64,000 nucleotides of DNA from Candidatus Bathyarchaeota archaeon (GTDB lineage Archaea > Thermoproteota > Bathyarchaeia > Bathyarchaeales > Bathycorpusculaceae): NCBI GenBank assembly GCA_026014595.1, contig JAOZHY010000029.1, positions 7,135 to 71,134 on the forward strand, given 5' to 3'. This document shows positions 1 through 7,976 of this stretch, one piece after another. The notes below the pieces were generated by a model. That model was not told where the DNA came from. It worked only from the letters and a program-made list of their open reading frames with translations, and ran no database searches. Within the stretch, counting starts at the first letter, position 1. Each line of letters opens with the position of its first letter. The translations under genes and the position numbers were made by a program.

Positions 1-380
1 TCTACCCTGAACAGTTTGAACTTTGCTTCTTCTTCACTAATCGGATTAAGCATCAACCCTTTATGTGAAGGCATAACTCTGTAGAACTTCTTCATGTCAG
101 GCATTGAAATGACATCCATCAAACCGACTGGGAAATCATCTTTCCGCCTGACTTTTCCATCAACGTAAACTTTGCCTTGCGCGACTATCATTTTGGCTTC
201 TTTTCTAGTTTTAGCTACTCCAACGATGTCGCGAAGCACAAGAGCCAAAGGTAAACACTTGTCCATAGAATGTGGTCCACATGAAGGTTTAACTATCCAC
301 TGGAACTCTTTTCGGTGAACTGGCCAAAATCTTGGTGCTGGCTTTCGTTTCAACCGGTTTGTTTTTCCCTTCTTACCCAA
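1..380 (-). CDS. rps4e: 30S ribosomal protein S4e (3'-truncated by window edge; not in ORF track)
   Basis: Manual translation from TTG at 380: MGKKGKTNRLKRKPAPRFWPVHRKEFQWIVKPSCGPHS...VYVDGKVRRKDDFPVGLMDVI; expected position after rpl24. Confidence 0.95.
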   Translation of the reverse strand, partial: MGKKGKTNRLKRKPAPRFWPVHRKEFQWIVKPSCGPHSMDKCLPLALVLRDIVGVAKTRKEAKMIVAQGKVYVDGKVRRKDDFPVGLMDVISMPDMKKFYRVMPSHKGLMLNPISEEEAKFKLFRV

Positions 381-381
381 A

Positions 382-1116
382 TCATGTTCCTCCTTCTTTC
401 TTCTCAGAAGCCGCCACAGACTTCCGCTTCGCCAGTGTTTTCTTCGCTACTTTTGGTTTAGTTTCTTTTTCAGCGGGTTTCTCTTCTGCTACAAGTGCGG
501 TTTCTTTCTTCTTTCTCGCCGCGGGTTTCTTTTCAGTTAACGGTGCTTCCTCTTTCTTTTTGGCAACGCGCTTTTTAGGCGCTGCTTTGGGTTTAGCTTT
601 CGGCTTCTCTTCGGAAGGTTTCTCCTCTGCCGCAGCTGCAACTGTCGGCTCTTCGACTAATTCTTCCTTCTTTACTTCAGCGGCTTTCTTAGCAGGCTTC
701 GGCGCCGCTTTCTTCACTTTTTCTTCTTTCTTGGACTGCTCAGCCAGCTCCTGCTTTCTTTCAACAATCGCTTTTCGCCATTTGTCATCAAGATTCAGGC
801 TTTTTATCATAACCTTTGATGGGTGCACGGAAACGAATATGTTTGTCCCGTCAACTTTTTCGCGTGTTAAGCCTTCGACAAAGATGCGGTAGCGTTTCAG
901 GTCCACACGTGAGACTTTTCCTTCAAAGCCCGCGTTGTCTCCACGGACTATGCGTATCGTGTCGCCCTTTCTGACTGGGAGCGTCTTGATGCCTCTCGAC
1001 GCAGCAAGCTCATTTGAAAGCGGAGCCCCCATGAACTTGTGCCTCAGGTGAGCTGGCGCGTTGTAAAGCATTTTCCGCTGCTTGCGCGGGTTTTTCACGG
1101 GTTTGGTTGCTTGCAT
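382..1116 (-). CDS. rpl24: 50S ribosomal protein L24 with long Lys/Ala/Glu-rich C-terminal extension
   Basis: PRKQRK..YNAPAH.RHK, KOW motif VRKGDTIRIVRG, HPSKVMI; probable start ATG 1116 (MQATKP). Confidence 0.95.
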   Translation of the reverse strand: MQATKPVKNPRKQRKMLYNAPAHLRHKFMGAPLSNELAASRGIKTLPVRKGDTIRIVRGDNAGFEGKVSRVDLKRYRIFVEGLTREKVDGTNIFVSVHPSKVMIKSLNLDDKWRKAIVERKQELAEQSKKEEKVKKAAPKPAKKAAEVKKEELVEEPTVAAAAEEKPSEEKPKAKPKAAPKKRVAKKKEEAPLTEKKPAARKKKETALVAEEKPAEKETKPKVAKKTLAKRKSVAASEKKEGGT

Positions 1117-1127
1117 TCTTTTGCCAC

Positions 1128-1568
1128 CTACACTATTATGCTTGAGGCACTTGCTATTCGAGGCCACCTTTCAGCAGCCTCTCTTGCCACGGGTCCACGG
1201 ATTTCTGAACCCTTCATTTCGCCGTCAGGAGTGATAATAACGGCGGCGTTGTCTTCAAACTGAACCCAGATGCCGTCGATTCTTCTGTAAGCTTTTTTCT
1301 GCCGTACAATCACTGCTTGGAAAATCTTTTTTCTCATGTCCGGTGACCCTTGTCTCACGGAAACCGTGACCTTGTCGCCGACTGTGGCTGAGGGATAACG
1401 TCTCAGTCTGCCTTTGTAGCCCATGGCTTGAACTAAACGCAGTACACGAGCGCCAGTGTTATCCGCGCATCGCAGAGTTGAACCTGCAAGGAGGCCTCTG
1501 GAGATTTTCTGTCCATGGCTAAGCATCCCTTTTGCAACGAGTGCTCTCTGTTTTGCTTTAGCTGCCAT
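1128..1568 (-). CDS. rpl14: 50S ribosomal protein L14
   Basis: [31 protein letters not shown]. Confidence 0.97.
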   Translation of the reverse strand: MAAKAKQRALVAKGMLSHGQKISRGLLAGSTLRCADNTGARVLRLVQAMGYKGRLRRYPSATVGDKVTVSVRQGSPDMRKKIFQAVIVRQKKAYRRIDGIWVQFEDNAAVIITPDGEMKGSEIRGPVAREAAERWPRIASASSIIV

Positions 1569-1569
1569 G

Positions 1570-1893
1570 TTACTTCTCCTCCAGCTTCTCTACTACGACG
1601 AAGGCTACGGTTTTGCTGATGGGGCGGCATTCGGCTATTCGCACGCGGTCGCCTTCTTTTGCGTCTATGCATGGCGGGTTGTGGGATGGTATGTGGCCGC
1701 GTCTGCGCTCGTACCTGACGAATTTGGGTGAGAACTGCAGGTACTCGCGTTCCACCACAACGGTTTTTTCCATCTTTGCGGTGACGACGACGCCGTCCAG
1801 CACTCGTCCTCTTACGGAGAGGGTGCCGTGGAACGGGCAGTTCCTGTCGTCGCATGATTTTTTGGGTTTCTTAAACGTTAGGGACATTACCAT
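1570..1893 (-). CDS. rps17: 30S ribosomal protein S17
   Basis: [26 protein letters not shown]. Confidence 0.97.
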   Translation of the reverse strand: MVMSLTFKKPKKSCDDRNCPFHGTLSVRGRVLDGVVVTAKMEKTVVVEREYLQFSPKFVRYERRRGHIPSHNPPCIDAKEGDRVRIAECRPISKTVAFVVVEKLEEK

Positions 1894-2168
1894 AACCTCT
1901 TCACGTTTTTTTTAAGGCGGTCTTCAGGTCTGCCGACCAAGAGGTTGCCGTCGATTTCAACGATGGTGCCGTCGGAAAACTTGAAGTTGAAAACAGCTTG
2001 GTCTTTTATTATGCTTTTGGCTTTTCCTCCATGCATAATCGTGAAGGTGTTTTTTGTTTCGCCAATTATTTCGCCGTGTAATCCAACGTAGTCAGCGTGT
2101 GGACTTTTGACTATTTTTGCTTCGGTGCCGACGAATTCGCCGCGTATGATGTCTGTGGTCACTTTCAT
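1887..2168 (-). CDS. rnp1: ribonuclease P protein component 1 (Rpp29/Pop4)
   Basis: EFVG..G.IIGETKNT...IDG..LVGRPEDRLKK; conserved position between rpl29 and rps17. Confidence 0.93.
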   Translation of the reverse strand: MKVTTDIIRGEFVGTEAKIVKSPHADYVGLHGEIIGETKNTFTIMHGGKAKSIIKDQAVFNFKFSDGTIVEIDGNLLVGRPEDRLKKNVKRLW

Positions 2169-2431
2169 TGGGCTTTTTTCTCCTTCTTCGGTTTCGCCTT
2201 CTTCTCAGGCTCCTCTTTTGTCTCTCTGAGTCCCAGTTTGCTCTCGTTTTCGATGGTAAGTATCTTGGCGATTGTTTTGCGCAGTTCCCTGACTCTGGCG
2301 GGGTTTTCCACGGCGCCGCCTGCGCGGATCATGGTTTTCAGTCGGGCTAATTCGGTTCTGAGTTCGGAGAGTTTTTTGGCTCGGTCTTCAGGGGACATGC
2401 TGCGGATTTCTTTGACTCTGAGTAAGGGCAT
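2165..2431 (-). CDS. rpl29: 50S ribosomal protein L29
   Basis: LRVKEIRSM..ENPARVRELRKTIAKILT. Confidence 0.96.
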   Translation of the reverse strand: MPLLRVKEIRSMSPEDRAKKLSELRTELARLKTMIRAGGAVENPARVRELRKTIAKILTIENESKLGLRETKEEPEKKAKPKKEKKAQ

Positions 2432-3196
2432 TTACTCTTTTGCCTCCTCGTTTTCGCTTTCGCTTGCTTCCAGAGTTTCCTGTTCAGCTGGTTCTTCGGC
2501 TTCTGGTTCCGAAGGTGCTTGCTCTGGTTCTGGCTGTTCCGTTGCTGTCTGCTTCTGTGGTGCTTCCGCTTTCATTTCTTCTGTTTTCTCTTCTGGCGGT
2601 AGTTCTGAGATTATTTGGATTTTGTCGGGGAACTGGGCGTCTGGAGGCATTATTTTGACTCTGACGCCGATTATGCCGGGTTTGAGTTGAACGTGAACCT
2701 CGGCTTTTTTCATGTACTTCAACGCGGGTTCACCGCATCTTGGGAAGTATCCTGCGCGGAACTTTTCGAATCTGGCGCGTTCGGTGCGCAGTTTGCCGCT
2801 TATGACTATTTCGGCGCCTAGTGCGCCTGCGTCCATGACTTGGTTTAATGCCCAGAATCCTGCGCGTCTGAAGTGTACGCCTCGTTGTAGGGCTGAGGCG
2901 ATGCGGGATGCGACGACGTATGCGTTGAATTCTGGGACTTCGATTTCTGAAACTGAGATTTGGGGGTTTGTGATTTTGAAGTTTTCTTCTAGGGATGTGG
3001 CTAGGTCTTTTATGGTTTCTCCGCCGCGTCCGATTACTAAGCCGGGTCGCATGGCGTAGATGACCACGTGCGTGCCTAGCGGGGTTTTGGATATGGTTAC
3101 TCCGCCGTATCCGGCGCGTTCCAATTTCCTCTGCAAAAATTCGTCGATTTCGGTTTTTTTGATGGATTCGGTTATGAAGCGTTTGACTATGGACAT
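2432..3196 (-). CDS. rps3: 30S ribosomal protein S3 with acidic C-terminal tail
   Basis: RAGYGG, KH motif RPGLVIGRGG, EIVISGKL, GIIGVRVKIMPP. Confidence 0.97.
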   Translation of the reverse strand: MSIVKRFITESIKKTEIDEFLQRKLERAGYGGVTISKTPLGTHVVIYAMRPGLVIGRGGETIKDLATSLEENFKITNPQISVSEIEVPEFNAYVVASRIASALQRGVHFRRAGFWALNQVMDAGALGAEIVISGKLRTERARFEKFRAGYFPRCGEPALKYMKKAEVHVQLKPGIIGVRVKIMPPDAQFPDKIQIISELPPEEKTEEMKAEAPQKQTATEQPEPEQAPSEPEAEEPAEQETLEASESENEEAKE

Positions 3197-3691
3197 TTAC
3201 GGGGTTTCTCCTGGGGCGGGTTTTTCGTTTAGTACGATTTCGATGTGGGTGGTGGTTTCGTATTTCGGTGAGGCTCTGCCGTGTGCTCGGGGCGTGTAGC
3301 GTTTGATTTTCATGCCTGGGTACGCTGCAGCATGCGTGATTTGTAGGCGGTCTAGGTCTAAGCCTTTGTTTTCAGCGTTGGATTCAGCTGACTGGAGGGT
3401 GTTGAGGATTTGTTTGGCGGCTTTTACGGGGTAGCGTCCTGCGGCGGTTTTTGGTGTGGCGTGGCGGTGTCCGAGTTTTTTCTTGTATCTGCGGTATGGG
3501 ACTGCTTTTTTCTTGTCGATTACGTCTCTGAGATATTGCTTGGCTGTGTCAAGCATCATGCCTTTGATGGTTCTGCAGATTTCTCGGGCGTGTTTGTGGG
3601 ATACTCTGACTTCTCTTGCGCTGGCTTTCGCTGTTTTTTCTGGGTCGAGTTCTTCTGCGATTATGGAGTATCCCCATTTTGGCATGTTCAA
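3197..3691 (-). CDS. rpl22: 50S ribosomal protein L22
   Basis: VSHKHAREIC, GRYPVKAA, PRAHGRASP. Confidence 0.97.
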   Translation of the reverse strand: MNMPKWGYSIIAEELDPEKTAKASAREVRVSHKHAREICRTIKGMMLDTAKQYLRDVIDKKKAVPYRRYKKKLGHRHATPKTAAGRYPVKAAKQILNTLQSAESNAENKGLDLDRLQITHAAAYPGMKIKRYTPRAHGRASPKYETTTHIEIVLNEKPAPGETP

Positions 3692-4013
3692 TTTCTCCGA
3701 CTGCGCTTTTCAACAGCGTAATGGCGATTTATATGGCTTTCCGTATCAAAACTAGTTTGGGCTAGTTCGAATTGTTGCAAAGTCCCGTTTTGAGGGACCG
3801 TTCGGAACGTGAGGTGCTGAGAATTCTGGAGCGCGAGAGTCTTTTATAGTTTTCCAAAAGCAGTTTGCTGCTTTTGCAAATTGGTGCTTTCTAGTAGTGG
3901 TTAGGTGCAGTTGGCTACGCGGAGACAGATGCGCGATCCTTCATCTATGCGATGCTTGCACGTAAAATTGTTCACAGAATGTTCAAAATGGCGTCAGTTT
4001 ATGAATAATTGGA

Positions 4014-4439
4014 TTATTCTGTGAGCATTTGAATGTCCTTGAATTCATTGAAGTCTCTGTCAAAAGAGTAGATTCTGTTTATCCCTGCGTCTTTCATCAG
4101 CACGTATGCAAGAGCGTCGTTGGCTCCGACTTGAAGGTCTTCAGATATGGCTAATGCTTTTAGATAATGTTCTTCAGAAACTTCCTTGACCGCTATGTTC
4201 TCTAAGAGAAGTAAGCCTTTTTCCAGCGTGCACGCCTCTTTGAGGGGAAGGTTGTCTTCGAGGATGTTACAGATTTCGCTAAAATGAACAACTGAGGTTA
4301 CGGTTTCTTCGCCTTCGTTGATTCTTGTGACAATTTTCTTTGCACCCTCCTTGATTTTTTGTTCGTGCGGCTGAAGCTTCCTTTTCGGTTTCAAGAAGGC
4401 GTAGACAAATACATTGGCGTCTACAAAGGTTGCTGTCAA
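4014..4439 (-). CDS. vapC: PIN-domain toxin (VapC family)
   Basis: FVDANVFVY, conserved E, NDAL, IYSFDRDF acidic PIN motif. Confidence 0.9.
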   Translation of the reverse strand: MTATFVDANVFVYAFLKPKRKLQPHEQKIKEGAKKIVTRINEGEETVTSVVHFSEICNILEDNLPLKEACTLEKGLLLLENIAVKEVSEEHYLKALAISEDLQVGANDALAYVLMKDAGINRIYSFDRDFNEFKDIQMLTE

Positions 4440-4441
4440 GT

Positions 4442-4675
4442 CTACATGCCTCGCAGTTCTTTCCGAACCTTGTGCCAGTCAGAAAGATCTGACTTCAAAT
4501 CTACCTCGACCTTGTCAAAGTATTTTGTTAGGTCAGACTTTTTGAATGGTCTTATCTCAACAACATCGCCTTTGTACACTATTATCGCCTTTTTTCCCTT
4601 CAGATACCTGTCTCTCCATTCTTTTGGGAGCAATATTCGACCTTGGTCATCTACGGCTTTAATTTCCACTTCCAA
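4442..4675 (-). CDS. AbrB/MazE-fold antitoxin (VapB-like)
   Basis: VDDQGRILLPKEWR swapped-hairpin motif; 2 bp upstream of the PIN gene. Confidence 0.88.
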   Translation of the reverse strand: MEVEIKAVDDQGRILLPKEWRDRYLKGKKAIIVYKGDVVEIRPFKKSDLTKYFDKVEVDLKSDLSDWHKVRKELRGM

Positions 4676-4865
4676 TTGATGCCACCAATTAGATGGATGT
4701 TCAACAGGTGATATAAAGAATTTGGTAAATCAGCGGAGCCGTTTCAAAGGATTAAACTGAATATTGATTGTAACGTTAATAGAAAGCCAGGAAAAGCAGA
4801 TACGATGATTCTTGTAATTCTCTGCGATTTGTTTATGTTTCACCTTTTAAGTTACTTATCGAGAA

Positions 4866-5942
4866 GTGACTGAAGTGACCGATAAGAAAGACGCAATCAC
4901 TATGCTGCATGGCGCTGGTGGCACCGTCATGCACGACCTCGTCAAGAACTACATCGTAAAATACTTCGCGGGTTTCAGCAACGCGGAGGTGCCGCTGGAA
5001 GCTATGGACGACGCCGCCGTAGTCGGCGACACCGTGCTCAAGAGCGACTCGCACGCGGTCAAGCCCATCTTCTTCCCGGGCGGCGACATCGGGCGCTTAG
5101 CCGTCTCCGGCACCGTCAACGACATCGCGTGTTTGGGCGCGGAGCCTTACGCTTTGGCGTGCGGGCTGATTCTGGAGGAGGGGCTGGCGCTTTCTGACCT
5201 TGAGCGGATTCTGGCGAGCATGCGGCAAGCGTGCGCGGAAGCGGGCGTGGGCATAGTCACGGGCGACACCAAAGTGGTCGAGAAGGGCAGCTTGGGCGGC
5301 TGCGTCATGAACGTGTCGGGAATCGGCAAACGAACACAAGCGCTGGAACACAACCTGAAAATCGTCAAGCAGCACCACAGCGGCTTCGCGGCGCGGTGGG
5401 TTCTTGACTCCAACCTCAGCGTCGGCGACAAAATAATCCTGTCAGGCACCATAGGCGACCACGGCTTGGCAGTGCTGTCCGCGCAGCAAGGCTTAACGTT
5501 CGGAAGCGAAATCAAAAGCGACGTTAAACCCCTGAACCGCTTAATCCAGCGCTTGCTGGGCGAAGTCGGCGGAGTCGTCGCCATGAAAGACCCCACAAGA
5601 GGCGGCTTAGCCGACGCCCTGAACGAGTTCAGCGAAAAATCCAAAGTCGGCATACTCATCCACGAAGACAAAATCCCCATCCGCCAAGACGTGCGCGTCG
5701 CCTCCGAAATGCTCGGGCTAGACCCGCTGGAAGTTGGCAACGAAGGAAAAATCATCATCGGCACCGTACCAGCCAAAGCCGAACAAGTGCTAAACCTGCT
5801 GAAGCAGACGCATGAAGGCAGGAACGCGGAACTCATCGGCGAAGCCACAGGCGACTTCAAGGGCGTAGCCATGCAGACAGCAGTAGGCGGCAAACGCATA
5901 ATCACGCGTCCCGTGGGCGACCCCGTTCCAAGAATCTGCTGA
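4866..5942 (+). CDS. hypE: hydrogenase maturation protein HypE
   Basis: HGAGG, FFPGGDIG.LAVSGTVND, GDTKVV, DPTRGG, C-terminal PRIC. Confidence 0.97.
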   Translation: MTEVTDKKDAITMLHGAGGTVMHDLVKNYIVKYFAGFSNAEVPLEAMDDAAVVGDTVLKSDSHAVKPIFFPGGDIGRLAVSGTVNDIACLGAEPYALACGLILEEGLALSDLERILASMRQACAEAGVGIVTGDTKVVEKGSLGGCVMNVSGIGKRTQALEHNLKIVKQHHSGFAARWVLDSNLSVGDKIILSGTIGDHGLAVLSAQQGLTFGSEIKSDVKPLNRLIQRLLGEVGGVVAMKDPTRGGLADALNEFSEKSKVGILIHEDKIPIRQDVRVASEMLGLDPLEVGNEGKIIIGTVPAKAEQVLNLLKQTHEGRNAELIGEATGDFKGVAMQTAVGGKRIITRPVGDPVPRIC

Positions 5943-6001
5943 CCCTTGCAAACCCCTGATTTTTGAAATGTTTAAATAAACAGCAACCAAATTTCTCGGC
6001 T

Positions 6002-6607
6002 ATGAACTCCCGCAAACCAAGCAAACACAAAGGCAAATCCCGCAGAAGCAGGAAGCTGCCGCTTGCGATAGGCTTATTGACCATAGTCGCAGTAGCGGTC
6101 GTGGTGATTTACGTGTTCGGCATGAGCAACGCGCCAGCGGGAAAGGTTCTCCTCCACACCAGCATGGGAGACATCACCATCCAACTCCGAGACGACAAGC
6201 CCATAACCACCAGCAACTTCAAAAACCTAGTCAAACAAGGCGTGTACGATGGCACAATTTTCCACCGAGTAATCGCCGATTTCATGATTCAGGGAGGAAT
6301 GAACATAACCGCGTCGGTCGCCACCATACCAGACGAAATAGGCAACGACAACCACAACGTCATAGGCACCGTAGCCATGGCGAAAACCAGCCAGCCCAAC
6401 TCGGCAACCAGCCAGTTCTTCATCAACGTGGCAGACAACAGCAAAATCGTGTACCAAGACGGCACCAAATTCGACGAGACTTACACGGTATTCGGCACCG
6501 TAATCTCAGGCATGGATGTTGTCAACGCAATATCCAAAGTGGCAACCGACGCGAACGACAAGCCTCTGACCGACGTGACCTTAATCAAAGCAGAAATAAT
6601 AGGCTAA
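6002..6607 (+). CDS. membrane-anchored cyclophilin-type peptidyl-prolyl isomerase
   Basis: FHRVIADFMIQGG, GTVAMA, SATSQFFIN; basic N-terminus then one TM helix; start uncertain (ATG 6002 chosen). Confidence 0.92.
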   Translation: MNSRKPSKHKGKSRRSRKLPLAIGLLTIVAVAVVVIYVFGMSNAPAGKVLLHTSMGDITIQLRDDKPITTSNFKNLVKQGVYDGTIFHRVIADFMIQGGMNITASVATIPDEIGNDNHNVIGTVAMAKTSQPNSATSQFFINVADNSKIVYQDGTKFDETYTVFGTVISGMDVVNAISKVATDANDKPLTDVTLIKAEIIG

Positions 6608-7686
6608 GTCGCCGCCGACCTCGCCCAGACACTGCACGTGCCTTCGCTGCTAACCATGCAAGCGCCCACAGGCTTCGTTGGAGTGCAAGCCTTCATGAAC
6701 ATAGGGCACTCGTTGGGCTTGATTTTGCCGATAATCACAAGGTGACATTCGCAGCCAAGCAGAATGTCCTTGCCCTGCGCCACGTGAACATCATATTTTT
6801 CGCGGGCGTCAAACGCCGCAAGTTCTTCGCGAAGCTTCAACGCTGAGCCAGGCAGCCTGCCGATGCCCCGCCAGTTCCCGCCCGTGACCGCAAACGCCTT
6901 GTTCATCACTTCCAGCGCCCGAGTGTTGCCTTCCCACTTCACGACACGAGAGTACTCGTTCTCCAGCCGCGCCGCCCCTTCGCTAAGCTGCTTCAGAATC
7001 ATATAAACTGCCATCAACACGTCGATGGGCTCGAAGCCAGCCACCACCGTCGGCATCCGATAAACCCGCGGAAACAGCTCATAAGGCTTCATGCCAATTA
7101 TGGCGCTGACGTGCCCCGGCGCGATGAAACCGCTGATGTTCAAGTCGCCCACACCCAGCAACAGCTCCATAGCAGGCGGAATCAAACGGTGCGACACCAA
7201 GAAACCAAAGTTTTCAGGCGGATTGCCGAGCGCTTCCACCGCCGTCGAAGGCGCCGTGGTCTCGAAACCCATCGCGAAAAACACAAACTCCTTATCCTGC
7301 TCGCGCCTTGCCATCCCAACCGCGTCCGACACGCCGTAAACCACGCGCACGTCCGCGCCAGCCGCCTTTGCCTCCAACAAGCTCATCTCGCTGCCCGGCA
7401 CACGCAACGCATCACCGAAACATGTCACGACGGCGCCTTTCTGCGCCAGCTGCACCGCCTCGTCGATCTCCGCCGCGGGCACGATGCAAACTGGGCAGCC
7501 TGGACCTGCGATGACCTCCACATTCTTGGGCAGGAGGCTGCGCAAGCCGTAATGCGTAATAGTCCATTCATGTGTACCGCACACGTGACAAAGCTTAACG
7601 GTGCCATCTTTCGGCGCGAGTTTCTGGATTTGTTGGGCTATGCTTTTTGCGAGTTCAGGGTCTCTGAACCTAAGTTTTTCAGCCAT
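6604..7686 (-). CDS. hypD: hydrogenase maturation protein HypD
   Basis: CGTHE, GPGCPVC, GFETT, PGHVS, GACMVSSEGTC. Confidence 0.97.
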   Translation of the reverse strand: MAEKLRFRDPELAKSIAQQIQKLAPKDGTVKLCHVCGTHEWTITHYGLRSLLPKNVEVIAGPGCPVCIVPAAEIDEAVQLAQKGAVVTCFGDALRVPGSEMSLLEAKAAGADVRVVYGVSDAVGMARREQDKEFVFFAMGFETTAPSTAVEALGNPPENFGFLVSHRLIPPAMELLLGVGDLNISGFIAPGHVSAIIGMKPYELFPRVYRMPTVVAGFEPIDVLMAVYMILKQLSEGAARLENEYSRVVKWEGNTRALEVMNKAFAVTGGNWRGIGRLPGSALKLREELAAFDAREKYDVHVAQGKDILLGCECHLVIIGKIKPNECPMFMKACTPTKPVGACMVSSEGTCSVWARSAAT

Positions 7687-7702
7687 CCCCTTCAGCCCAG
7701 CG

Positions 7703-7927
7703 TTACTGTTTTCCAGCCGCGAGAATCTCGTTCCAGAGGCTCAGGGTCTCAAGCGCTTCCTTCTCATCCACAGTCTGAATCGCGTAGCCCGCGTGCACCA
7801 AAACGTAGTCGCCCACTTTCGCCTCGACAAGCGTCACGTTGACCTCTCGCAGGACGCCTTCGCCGAAGTCCACTTGGGCTTTGCTGCCATCTACGCGCAC
7901 GACCCGCGCTGGAATCGCCAAACACAT
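7703..7927 (-). CDS. hypC: hydrogenase chaperone HypC
   Basis: MCLAIPA N-terminus, GDYVLVHAGYA. Confidence 0.97.
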   Translation of the reverse strand: MCLAIPARVVRVDGSKAQVDFGEGVLREVNVTLVEAKVGDYVLVHAGYAIQTVDEKEALETLSLWNEILAAGKQ

Positions 7928-7976
7928 GCGTAATCAACCATTAAACGGAAAGGAACCACGATAAAAAGAGTATGGT

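Noticed and set aside
332-892. 186-aa hydrophobic + strand ORF and many similar antisense ORFs in the track
   Set aside because: Shadow frames of well-supported opposite-strand genes (here the Lys-rich L24 tail).
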